In this document: positions 6,975 through 14,735 of the stretch, one piece after another
How positions within the stretch are numbered: the first letter of the stretch is position 1
How the letters are laid out: each line of letters starts with the position of its first letter
DNA from: an uncultured archaeon
GTDB taxonomy: Archaea > Iainarchaeota > Iainarchaeia > Iainarchaeales > CSSED10-239
Assembly: GCA_964468895.1 (NCBI GenBank)
Contig: CAYXWT010000010.1
Coordinates: 4,251-20,129 of the forward strand
Direction of reading: 5' to 3'
DNA length: 15,879 nucleotides
The notes under the pieces: generated by a model
Told to the model about the DNA's origin: nothing
Database searches by the model: none
Seen by the model: only the letters and a program-made list of their open reading frames with translations
Position numbers and translations under genes: made by a program

Positions 6975-7166
6975 ATGGTTTTTAAAATTAAACAAAATAA
7001 AGAAGTATGTATTGGATGTGGTGCTTGTTGTGCAATATGTCCTGATAATTGGGAATTTCAGGATACTAAAGCATCTCCTAAAAAAACAGAAGTTAAGGAA
7101 ATTGGTTGTAATAAAAGTGCTGCTGAAGCCTGTCCAGTTAATTGTATAGAAATTATTGAAGAATGA
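6975..7166 (+). CDS. fdx: Small single-cluster [4Fe-4S] ferredoxin, 63 aa
   Basis: It has CIGCGACCAICP near the N-terminus and ..CNKSAAEACPVNCIEI.. near the C-terminus. This is the CxxCxxC...CP ligand pattern and size of the Thermotoga/Pyrococcus-type monocluster ferredoxins. The extra Cys pair (C22/C45) sits where those proteins have a disulfide. Confidence 0.85.
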   Translation: MVFKIKQNKEVCIGCGACCAICPDNWEFQDTKASPKKTEVKEIGCNKSAAEACPVNCIEIIEE

Positions 7167-7201
7167 AATTAAATTAATTTTCTTAAAAAATTAAAGATAA
7201 T

Positions 7202-8080
7202 ATGTATAATTCTAAAAAATTAAATTTTGGCACAGCAGGAATTCCACATAGTACTTTATTAAATTATCCAAAATCTAAAAATGGAACTGCTGATGGTATT
7301 AATGAAGCTAGTAATTTAGATTTAGATGCTTTAGAAATTGAATTTGTAAGAAGTGTTTATCTTAAAAATACAAGTTTAGAAAAAATTGAAGAAATAAAAT
7401 CTAATTCTATTTCTAAAAATATTTCTTTAAGTATACATGCACCATATTTTATAAATTTAAATGCAAATGAAGATCATAAAATTACAAATAGTATTAATTA
7501 TGTTGTAAATTCTTTAATTGTTGGACAAAAAATAAATGCCAAAATAGTTTTATTTCATCCAGGTTATTTTTTAAAACAAGAAAGAAAAACAGTTTTAGAA
7601 ACTATTAATAATAATCTTAATAAACTATTAGATGAATTTGATTCTAAAAAAGAAAGTAATTTTAAAATAAAACTGGGTTTAGAATTAACAGGTAAAGAAA
7701 CACAAGTTGGTTCTTTAGACGATTTATTTTATTTTTATGATCATCTAAAAACAAGAAATATAGTTCCTGTTATTGATTTTGCACATGTACATGCAAGATA
7801 TAATGGTTATTTCAAATCTAAAAATCAAGTAGATACTTTTTTTTCTAATTTTAGTTCTTATCCTGAATTATTAAATAATATACACACACATTTATCAGGT
7901 ATAGAATATACTTTTAAAGGAGAGCGAAAACATTTAATGTTAAAAGAAAGTGATATGCCTTACAAAGAAATTTTGGAAAAACTTAAAGAATTAAAAGTAA
8001 GTGGAACTATTATTTGTGAAAGTCCAAATCCCCAAAGCGATGCAATATTATTAAAAAAAACATATGACGATTTATTTTAA
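7202..8080 (+). CDS. nfo: Endonuclease IV-type AP endonuclease / xylose-isomerase-like TIM-barrel protein, 292 aa
   Basis: The ordered motifs resemble the Nfo metal-ligand series: FGTAGIP, SIHAPYFINL, VLFHPG, LGLELTG, IDFAHVHAR, HTHLSGIEY, ERKHL, ICESP. Confidence 0.7.
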   Translation: MYNSKKLNFGTAGIPHSTLLNYPKSKNGTADGINEASNLDLDALEIEFVRSVYLKNTSLEKIEEIKSNSISKNISLSIHAPYFINLNANEDHKITNSINYVVNSLIVGQKINAKIVLFHPGYFLKQERKTVLETINNNLNKLLDEFDSKKESNFKIKLGLELTGKETQVGSLDDLFYFYDHLKTRNIVPVIDFAHVHARYNGYFKSKNQVDTFFSNFSSYPELLNNIHTHLSGIEYTFKGERKHLMLKESDMPYKEILEKLKELKVSGTIICESPNPQSDAILLKKTYDDLF

Positions 8081-8730
8081 CCTCTATAAGTTGGTATAGT
8101 ATAAGTCTTAGTTACAATATCTTTAATCATTTTATAAAGATTTAAAATCTCATAATTATTATTGTTACTATTTCTTTCAAGTATTTGTACAATATTTGCT
8201 AATGTATTAGTAATCATATCTGATTTATCTGCAATGTTAATTACTTTCTTTAATTTACGGTCATAATTAGCATATTTTAATTTAGGTATGATTTTATATT
8301 CTATTAAAAATAAGCGTCTAAATTGATTAATATAATTGGCTTCATTATTACTAAGTTCATTTTTACAAAATTGAGTAAATACTATATTACATTCTTTTTG
8401 ATCACTACATTTAGAGATTTTATTATTTAAAGAACATAATTTATTATAAAATTCTTTATAAACAATATTATTTTCTTTAATTCTAAGATCTAAATTGTCT
8501 ATAATATATTTAGAAAATTTTCTATAATCTTTTGGATTTGTGTCATGTAGTTCACTTGCTTTGTTGTTTTCTTTTAAAATCCGCATTATTTCAGAATTAG
8601 TATATTTAACTTTATTTATGTTTTTAAGATCCATTAGTAATCCAGGTACACATAAAGCTTCAATTCTATATTTGTTATACTCTTTAGATTTTAAAACTTT
8701 AGTTTTAGGAAATTTGATAACTGGACACAT
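8077..8730 (-). CDS. Hypothetical protein, 217 aa, Lys/Asn-rich, no recognised domain
   Basis: It is a long ORF 17 nt downstream of the zinc-ribbon gene on the same strand. Its stop overlaps the stop of the convergent nfo-like gene within TTAA 8077-8080. Confidence 0.55.
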   Translation of the reverse strand: MCPVIKFPKTKVLKSKEYNKYRIEALCVPGLLMDLKNINKVKYTNSEIMRILKENNKASELHDTNPKDYRKFSKYIIDNLDLRIKENNIVYKEFYNKLCSLNNKISKCSDQKECNIVFTQFCKNELSNNEANYINQFRRLFLIEYKIIPKLKYANYDRKLKKVINIADKSDMITNTLANIVQILERNSNNNNYEILNLYKMIKDIVTKTYTIPTYRG

Positions 8731-8747
8731 AATTTTAAATCATTTTT

Positions 8748-9032
8748 TTATAATAATTCCCAATCAGATGATTTTTTAGTTAATTTATTATTTAATTTTT
8801 CTTTTAAAGATATATTCTCTTTTAAATTTAAATTAGTAAAATCTTTTTTTAAATAAGAACTCTCTGTGTCTGAATTATTATTTGCTTTTAGTACTTTTCT
8901 TAACGTATTAATTTTATCAATAGAATCTTCTTTTACTTCTCCAATATAATTACAATTTAGGCATTTATATTCTGAAGATGATTTTCTTTGTAAGCTAATT
9001 GATGCACAATCTGGACAATATTTATATAACAT
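8748..9032 (-). CDS. Zinc-ribbon protein, 94 aa
   Basis: The N-terminus MLYKYCPDCASISLQRKSSSEYKCLNCNY has a CxxC-x14-CxxC motif, followed by a charged, probably helical tail. A GAAGG-like RBS (plus-strand ccttc, 9041-9045) lies upstream of the ATG. Confidence 0.6.
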   Translation of the reverse strand: MLYKYCPDCASISLQRKSSSEYKCLNCNYIGEVKEDSIDKINTLRKVLKANNNSDTESSYLKKDFTNLNLKENISLKEKLNNKLTKKSSDWELL

Positions 9033-9180
9033 AATCTATACCTTCTATATTTTTTTTAAAATAAATTTAAATAATTTCTATTACAATATATAAAAAAGGA
9101 GTATATGTTTATAAATATATTGTACTAAATTTATTTAATTTAATAATTGTTTAAAGTAATTTAAAAGTAAATGATAAATT
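9033..9180. promoter_or_regulatory. Divergent promoter region (zinc-ribbon operon on the minus strand, pilus ATPase operon on the plus strand)
   Basis: This is a 148-nt gap between divergent starts. The TATA-like ATGTTTATAAATA at 9105-9117 starts 76 nt upstream of ATG 9181. The identical 13-mer starts 77 nt upstream of the gene at 13842. Confidence 0.4.
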
Positions 9181-10590
9181 ATGGAAAAGACACATAAAAT
9201 TTATTTTAATAAAAAATATAATCTGATTATTACTAAAATTAAAGATTATAATTTAAAAAAAGAAGATATTAAAGAATATTTTCATAAAAACAAACTTGAT
9301 GATTTTGATAATAGTAGTATAGAAATAATTAATACAATAAATTCTTGGAATATAGGTATTATACTTAAAGATAATAAAATTTCTGAAAATATAAATTATC
9401 TATCTAATTATTTAAATAAAAATTTTGCAAAATACGTTGTTGATTATATTTGTGGATATGGAAAGCTTACAAATATTATGGATGATCCTAATATAGAAGA
9501 AATAATGATTAATAATTATGAAGAAATTTTTATTTTAACTAGAGATTCTAAAAAGTATGTAACTGATATTATTTTTACTTTAAAAGAATATGAAGATTTT
9601 TTAAGTGTTATTAAAAAAACTATAAATTCTGATTTTAAAAAAAGGTTTTTTATAGATGGAATGCTTCCTAATAATTCTAGAATTAATATTGTTTCTAAAG
9701 AAATTGGTTTAGTTAATATTATTACTATTAGAAAATTTACCAAAAAGCCACTTACAATATTAAATTTAATTAAAAGTAATACTTTAAATTTAGATGCTGC
9801 AGCTTATTTGTGGACTGTGGCAGATGGTTTTGCTTTAAGACCAGCAAATATTTTTATTTGTGGTGGTACTAGTAGTGGTAAAACCACGTTTTTAAATATT
9901 TTGTTAGATTTTATTAATCCAAATTCAAGAATTGTTTTAATAGAAGATACTAGAGAGATAGATTTAAGTGCTTTTAAAGATTCTATTAGTTTAGTTTCAG
10001 ATATATCTAATCCTAATAGTTTACTTGAAGTTACTATTAATACTCTTAGAATGAGACCAGATAGAATCATAATTGGAGAAGTTAGAGGTAAAGAAGCACA
10101 AGGCCTATTTGCTGCAATGGATACTGGTCATGAAGGTTGTATGACAACTTTACATGCTAATAATAGTAATGATGTGATAACTAAATTAACTTCAAAACCT
10201 TTAGAAATTCCTGAAGTGAGTATAAATTTATTAGATGTTATTGTTATATTAAAAAGAAAAATTGTAAATGGTAAAGTTCAAAGATATGTTTCTGAAATTT
10301 CAGAAATTCAAAGAGTTGGAAATATAAATATTAATAAAATATATGATTCTGAAAATAGAAATAATCTTAAATTAAATTTTATGTCTTCTTCTTTTTTAGA
10401 AAAATTATGTGTTTTACTTAATATTTCTAAAAAAGATTTACAGAAAATAATTTTATATAGATGTGCTATTTTAGAAGAACTTCTAAATAAAGATAATATT
10501 GATAGTGTAAGTTTTAGAAAAATAATTGCAAATCTTCCTGGTTACAAGGAAATTTTAATAAATATGAATAAAATAGGTGAAAAAAAATGA
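9181..10590 (+). CDS. Type II/IV secretion-family ATPase (FlaI/TadA/CpaF/PilB-like pilus assembly ATPase), 469 aa
   Basis: Walker A GGTSSGKTT (nt 9862-9888). Asp box VLIEDTREI. Walker B region RPDRIIIGEVRG (10054-10089). His box GHEGCMTTLHAN (10126-10161). N-terminal-domain motif DPNIEEIMINNYEEIFI. Confidence 0.85.
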   Translation: MEKTHKIYFNKKYNLIITKIKDYNLKKEDIKEYFHKNKLDDFDNSSIEIINTINSWNIGIILKDNKISENINYLSNYLNKNFAKYVVDYICGYGKLTNIMDDPNIEEIMINNYEEIFILTRDSKKYVTDIIFTLKEYEDFLSVIKKTINSDFKKRFFIDGMLPNNSRINIVSKEIGLVNIITIRKFTKKPLTILNLIKSNTLNLDAAAYLWTVADGFALRPANIFICGGTSSGKTTFLNILLDFINPNSRIVLIEDTREIDLSAFKDSISLVSDISNPNSLLEVTINTLRMRPDRIIIGEVRGKEAQGLFAAMDTGHEGCMTTLHANNSNDVITKLTSKPLEIPEVSINLLDVIVILKRKIVNGKVQRYVSEISEIQRVGNININKIYDSENRNNLKLNFMSSSFLEKLCVLLNISKKDLQKIILYRCAILEELLNKDNIDSVSFRKIIANLPGYKEILINMNKIGEKK

Positions 10591-11786
10591 ATATTCCCAA
10601 TGATGTAGGTGTAGTAAGTTTTGGTTTAAAAACAGGTATTATTACTTTTGATGATAATATTATTGATGTAGTAGATAAATCTATTGAAAAAAATATAAAT
10701 GATCATCCAGATACTATTCAAGATAAAGATATTATTTGTATTACTGAAGCAGTTGTTGCTATTACTCAACATAATTATGTAAAACTAGAAGATATTTCTA
10801 ATCAAATTAGAGAAAAATTAAATTTAAAAGAAAACTCAACTTTAGGTATAATGTATCCAATTTTATCTAGAAATAGATTTTCTTTAATTTTAAAAGCAAT
10901 AGCTAAAGTTGTTCCAAAAGGAAAAGTAATTATACAGCTATTATTTCCTGATGATGAACAAGGTAATCCAATTTTAGCAAAAGATTATAGAAAAAAATTT
11001 GGGAAATTGTTTGAAGATAAAATTACTCTTGAAGATATTGGTAATAATAGATTTATACATCCAGAAACAGGTGTAGATTATATTAAATATTATAAAGAAT
11101 TAATAGAATCACAAGGTTCTAGTTGTGAAATTTATCTAGCTAATTCCACAAAATATATGGTTGAAAATAATCCTGATGGTGTTCTTGTTTCAAATGTTCA
11201 TCATAGAATTGATACTTTAGAAAATTTAAAAAATAGAGATTATAATAATGTAATAACTCTTCAAGATATTTTTTCAGATTCTACTAAAGAAGTTTATTGT
11301 AAATATGGTCTACTTGGTTCTAATATATTAGATCCAGATAACAATTTATTAAAATTAGGTCCAAAAGATTGTGATAATGTTTGTGAAAAAGTAAAAGAAA
11401 GAATTAAAGAAAAATATAATAAAGATGTAGAAGTTATAATTTATGGTGATGGTGCTTATAAAGATCCTGAAAGCGGTATTTATGAACTTGCAGATCCAGT
11501 AAGTGCATTTGGAACTACTAAGGCTATTTCTTCAAATAATAGAATTGGTGTTAAAACAAAGTATCTTATGCAAAAATTATATAATCAAGGTAAAACTAAA
11601 GCAGAAATACTTGAATTTATTAAACAAGAAAAACAAAGAATAATGGATGAACAAAAGAAAGATGATTATTGTTCAGAAGGAACTACTCCAAGAAAAATAA
11701 AAAATTTAGTTTCAAGTTTAGCAGATCTTATAAGTGGTAGTGCTGACTCTAATACTCCTGTAGTAATAGTAAGAGGTTTTCTATAA
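10587..11786 (+). CDS. CofE-like protein (F420-0:gamma-glutamyl ligase family fold) with a large internal insertion, 399 aa
   Basis: The start overlaps the ATPase stop (ATGA, 10587-10590). Segments resembling archaeal CofE occur in the correct order: DIICITEAVVAITQHNY (cf. VVxSxVxSKAEGR), YGLLGSNILD (cf. NAGIDxSN), VEVIIYGDGAYKD (cf. VIITDTxGR), and the C-terminal SSLADLISGSADSNTPVVIVRGF (cf. AAxANLxMGExxxGIPxVVVRG). This comparison is from memory, with no search. Confidence 0.5.
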   Translation: MNIPNDVGVVSFGLKTGIITFDDNIIDVVDKSIEKNINDHPDTIQDKDIICITEAVVAITQHNYVKLEDISNQIREKLNLKENSTLGIMYPILSRNRFSLILKAIAKVVPKGKVIIQLLFPDDEQGNPILAKDYRKKFGKLFEDKITLEDIGNNRFIHPETGVDYIKYYKELIESQGSSCEIYLANSTKYMVENNPDGVLVSNVHHRIDTLENLKNRDYNNVITLQDIFSDSTKEVYCKYGLLGSNILDPDNNLLKLGPKDCDNVCEKVKERIKEKYNKDVEVIIYGDGAYKDPESGIYELADPVSAFGTTKAISSNNRIGVKTKYLMQKLYNQGKTKAEILEFIKQEKQRIMDEQKKDDYCSEGTTPRKIKNLVSSLADLISGSADSNTPVVIVRGFL

Positions 11787-11797
11787 ATATAAAAGTG

Positions 11798-12568
11798 ATG
11801 AATAAAATGGTTCAAACAGTTTTTTTACTTACAGATTATAAAAATTATAATCAAGTTATAAAAGAAGCAATTAATGAAAGTCATAAAAATATTAATTTTG
11901 AAGTATTTGATGATCCTTATCAATTAGAAGAGGTTCTTAAAGAAAGGAAACCAGATTTATTAATTGCGGAAATTGATTCTTTTAAAAATAGTAAACTTTA
12001 TAGAGAATTTAGTAGACCTTTAAATAGAGTTTTATGTGAACTTGCAAATAAAAATAAATTGTCAATTTTAAATCCAGGTCATGTTATGAATACAAATTTA
12101 GAGGATTTAAGATTAGTAAAAAATATGATTGTTAAATATGTTTTACCCAAAATTGACAATATTTCTAAAATAGAACCTATTAGTGTTGCTGAAATTAAAC
12201 AAAGATTATATAGTCATAAATTAAAATCTGTAGAACATTTAATGGAATCTCATAGTCATAGTGCGAAAGAATATGCTCATTTAAAAAGATTAAAAGAAAA
12301 TTATAAAAATCTAATAAATAAAAATAATAGTTCATCTTTACAGCTTAAAATAAAAATTTTATCCATCGAATCTAAATTTATTAAAGATTTTCTTAGAAAT
12401 AAAGATTTTTATGTTAATAATAGAGTTAAAAATAATTCTCTGAAAACAGTTTTTGAAAGAGGTTTGAAAATAGAAAAAGAAATAGCTATTTTAAGAAAGA
12501 AAACTTCTTTAAATAACAATAGACATAAGCCTTTATTAGCTAAAAGAATAAAACATCATTTAAAATAA
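11798..12568 (+). CDS. Hypothetical protein; possible degenerate receiver-like N-terminal domain plus basic coiled-coil C-terminus, ~256 aa
   Basis: The ORF track starts at GTG 11795. ATG 11798 (or 11807) is more likely. The N-terminus shows a beta-alpha alternation resembling CheY-like domains (VFLLTDY.., INFEVF.., KPDLLIAEID.., KYVLPK). The C-terminal half is Lys/Asn-rich and helical (..LKRLKENYKNLINK.., KPLLAKRIKHHLK). It starts 11 nt after the CofE-like gene. Confidence 0.55.
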   Translation: MNKMVQTVFLLTDYKNYNQVIKEAINESHKNINFEVFDDPYQLEEVLKERKPDLLIAEIDSFKNSKLYREFSRPLNRVLCELANKNKLSILNPGHVMNTNLEDLRLVKNMIVKYVLPKIDNISKIEPISVAEIKQRLYSHKLKSVEHLMESHSHSAKEYAHLKRLKENYKNLINKNNSSSLQLKIKILSIESKFIKDFLRNKDFYVNNRVKNNSLKTVFERGLKIEKEIAILRKKTSLNNNRHKPLLAKRIKHHLK

Positions 12569-12608
12569 AAATGAATATTGAATAAGTAAAGGTTGCTCTA
12601 TTATTAGC

Positions 12609-12624
12609 AAAAAAAAAGAAAAAA
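12609..12624 (-). terminator. Oligo-T tract (T6-C-T9 on the minus strand) downstream of the DHH gene in the convergent gap; possible archaeal terminator
   Basis: Plus strand reads aaaaaaaaagaaaaaa, about 95 nt past the minus-strand stop at 12718. A plus-strand T6 at 12671-12676 could play the same role for the gene ending at 12568. Evidence is weak given the base composition. Confidence 0.25.
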
Positions 12625-12717
12625 TTAGAAATATAAGATGAAAGTTATAACCAAATTATAAATTAGAATGTTTTTTAATAGAAATAAACAATCAAAAATA
12701 AAGTGTAATATAAATAA

Positions 12718-13686
12718 TTAAATATTTATAATATCATTTATGTCTTTTATTATAAAACCAGATGCGTTTTTATGTCCATTTCCACCATATTTTAAAGCAA
12801 TTTTTGAACAATCTATATTTCCATCTTTTCTAGATCTAATTGATACTTTATCTATTCCTAATTTATAAGATCTATACCATACAATAGTTAGTCCTACATC
12901 ATTAAATTTGTTATTTTCAAATATGTTTTCAGAAATATGACCTGGTTTAATAGTACTATTTACTATATATGTTTTATAATTATTGAATTCAATTACTTTT
13001 CCATTAACAGTATCTCTATTTGCTATTAAATTTATTTTTTCTAAAACCATTTCTCCTGATTTTATAAAATCTTTCTTATTATCTAAAAATTCAGTATTAG
13101 AAAGTAACTGTAAAAAATAATTGTGATTGATATTATATAAATTATTAAATTTAATTTCTAAAGTATGTAATATTTGCTTAGAGCAATCTAATTTCCAATT
13201 CCATAAATCCATATCTTCTATATATTCTGCAAGTAATGGTGCTTTAAGATTAAAATAAAGCCATACAAGTACACAAGCTGAATTATTTGAATCTCTTAAT
13301 CCTTCTACTTTTATCTCTTGTTCGTATTTTTCATAAATTCTTTTATGATGATCTATCCAAATGAACTTATTTTTAAATTTGTTTAATAAAAATTTCATGA
13401 TTTCTATTTCACATGAAAAATCTAATAACACCAATGATTCATAATCATCTAAATTATAATTAGTTCTTTCTATTTTTTCTAAAAGATTTTCATTACTATA
13501 ATCTATATAAAAGAAATCAAAATATTTATTTAATTTATCTATATCTAAATCTTTAAAAAATTCTTCATTTTGAATATCATCTACATAATTATTATTATAT
13601 TTAATAATTGCATAAGAAAGTGCAGATATATATCCATCTAAATCCTTATGAAATACTATTAATGTTTTTTTATCTGTATCATACAT
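12718..13686 (-). CDS. DHH/DHHA1-family phosphoesterase (NrnA/RecJ-like nanoRNase/pAp-phosphatase type), 322 aa
   Basis: Motif I VFHKDLDGYISA. Motif II LVLLDFSC. Motif III FIWIDHHK (DHH). DHHA1 motif YGGNGHKNASGF near the C-terminus. The size fits two-domain NrnA-like enzymes. Confidence 0.8.
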   Translation of the reverse strand: MYDTDKKTLIVFHKDLDGYISALSYAIIKYNNNYVDDIQNEEFFKDLDIDKLNKYFDFFYIDYSNENLLEKIERTNYNLDDYESLVLLDFSCEIEIMKFLLNKFKNKFIWIDHHKRIYEKYEQEIKVEGLRDSNNSACVLVWLYFNLKAPLLAEYIEDMDLWNWKLDCSKQILHTLEIKFNNLYNINHNYFLQLLSNTEFLDNKKDFIKSGEMVLEKINLIANRDTVNGKVIEFNNYKTYIVNSTIKPGHISENIFENNKFNDVGLTIVWYRSYKLGIDKVSIRSRKDGNIDCSKIALKYGGNGHKNASGFIIKDINDIINI

Positions 13687-13841
13687 TTTTAATCAAATTG
13701 TCTTTGTTTAATAGAATTAAGAATCTATATATTTATAAATATCTATTTTTTAAATTTAAAACTAATGTTTATAAATAGTTATAATATATTATATATGAAG
13801 TAAACTAATAATTAACTAATTAAATTAAAGAGGTATTTAAT
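13687..13841. promoter_or_regulatory. Divergent promoter region (DHH gene on the minus strand, secreted coiled-coil gene on the plus strand)
   Basis: This is a 155-nt gap. The palindromic TATA-like TTTATAAATA occurs at 13733-13742, and ATGTTTATAAATA at 13765-13777. A Shine-Dalgarno AAGAGG lies at 13828-13833, 8 nt before ATG 13842. Confidence 0.4.
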
Positions 13842-14735
13842 ATGAATAAAATATTAAAATTTTTAAGTGTATTTTTAATTTTTACAATTATATTTTCTTT
13901 TGTAAATTTAATAAATGCAGATGATTTAAATGATGTAGATTTAGAACAATCTGAAGATTTAATTATAGAACAAGATCTTGCAGATTATTCATCAACAAAT
14001 TATGCTATGAAAATTAGATTAACTCAATTAGAAAATACAGTTAATTTTAAAATTGAACAATTACAAATTATTATAGATAAGTTAAATGAAAATGAAATTA
14101 GTACTGAAGAATTAGAAACTAATTTAGGAAAATTTATTGTATTAAGTGAAGAATTAAAAGTAAAATCAGATGTAGATGAAATAATTGATGCTAAAGAAAC
14201 AACAACTTATTTTATTTCAACTAAACAAGAAAGTGTAGATTTAATGCAAAATTGTAGACAATACTTATTAGAAAATGTTCCTGAACATATTGTTCAAGAA
14301 ACTAGAGAAGAAGTACATAACTATAGAAAAGAAATTAAAGTTGAACAAAAAGAAAAGATGAAAAATCTTGTTAAAGAACATAATTTAGCTATTAGAAATA
14401 AATATAAAAAAATATTTAGTGATATTAAAGAATCACAAAGTGGAGATACAAATAAATCTATAAATGCTTTGGAGATTAGAAATAGAATTAAAGAACAAAC
14501 TAAAAATAAAATTTTAGAATCTAAAAATTCATTTGTTCAAAATCAAAAAATGCAGATTTTAGAAAATAAAGAAAAAATTGAAAAATATAAACAAAAGAGA
14601 TTAGAAACATTCAATAAATATAAAGATTCTAATAATAACCCACCTGAAATAAATTCTAAAATTAAAAATATTAGAAATAATATTAGATCTAGAATTGCAA
14701 ATAGAAACAATAATGATAATGGTGATATTGAATGA
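13842..14735 (+). CDS. Secreted or membrane-anchored coiled-coil protein, 297 aa, Lys/Glu/Asn-rich
   Basis: The N-terminal signal-like segment is MNKILKFLSVFLIFTIIFSFVNLINA|DD. The rest is heptad-like and charged (..LTQLENTVNFKIEQLQIIIDKLNENEI.., ..KEKMKNLVKEHNLAIRNKYKK..) with a basic Asn/Arg-rich tail. It has a good SD. Confidence 0.65.
   Translation: MNKILKFLSVFLIFTIIFSFVNLINADDLNDVDLEQSEDLIIEQDLADYSSTNYAMKIRLTQLENTVNFKIEQLQIIIDKLNENEISTEELETNLGKFIVLSEELKVKSDVDEIIDAKETTTYFISTKQESVDLMQNCRQYLLENVPEHIVQETREEVHNYRKEIKVEQKEKMKNLVKEHNLAIRNKYKKIFSDIKESQSGDTNKSINALEIRNRIKEQTKNKILESKNSFVQNQKMQILENKEKIEKYKQKRLETFNKYKDSNNNPPEINSKIKNIRNNIRSRIANRNNNDNGDIE

Noticed and set aside
6975-8080. The ferredoxin plus endonuclease IV-like pair considered as functional components of the pilus system.
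   Set aside because: Both match widespread housekeeping families and have their own RBS and promoter signals. Their position between the pilus modules is more simply explained by genome compaction or rearrangement.
8540-8779. A 79-aa plus-strand ORF.
   Set aside because: It is antisense to the 5' part of the 217-aa gene and spans the gap to the zinc-ribbon gene. It has no RBS, no motif, and a Leu/Ile/Phe-rich shadow composition.
9105-9128. A mini-ORF, ATG TTT ATA AAT ATA TTG TAC TAA (MFINILY), preceded by AAGGAG and upstream of the ATPase gene. It could be a leader peptide.
   Set aside because: The SD-to-ATG spacer is only 3 nt. The sequence is better explained as a TATA box (TTTATAAATA), and the same 13-mer occurs upstream of 13842 without an SD. 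There is no evidence for an attenuation structure.
9516-10070. Two minus-strand ORFs (9516-9743 and 9804-10070) inside the ATPase gene.
   Set aside because: Both are antisense to a gene with unambiguous Walker A, Walker B and His-box motifs. The second lies directly opposite the Walker A coding region. They are shadow ORFs.
12593-12610. A short inverted repeat, ttgct-N8-agcaa, in the convergent gap.
   Set aside because: The stem is only 5 bp and is followed by A rather than T on the plus strand. That is too weak to call a structured element. Only the adjacent minus-strand oligo-T tract was reported, at low confidence.
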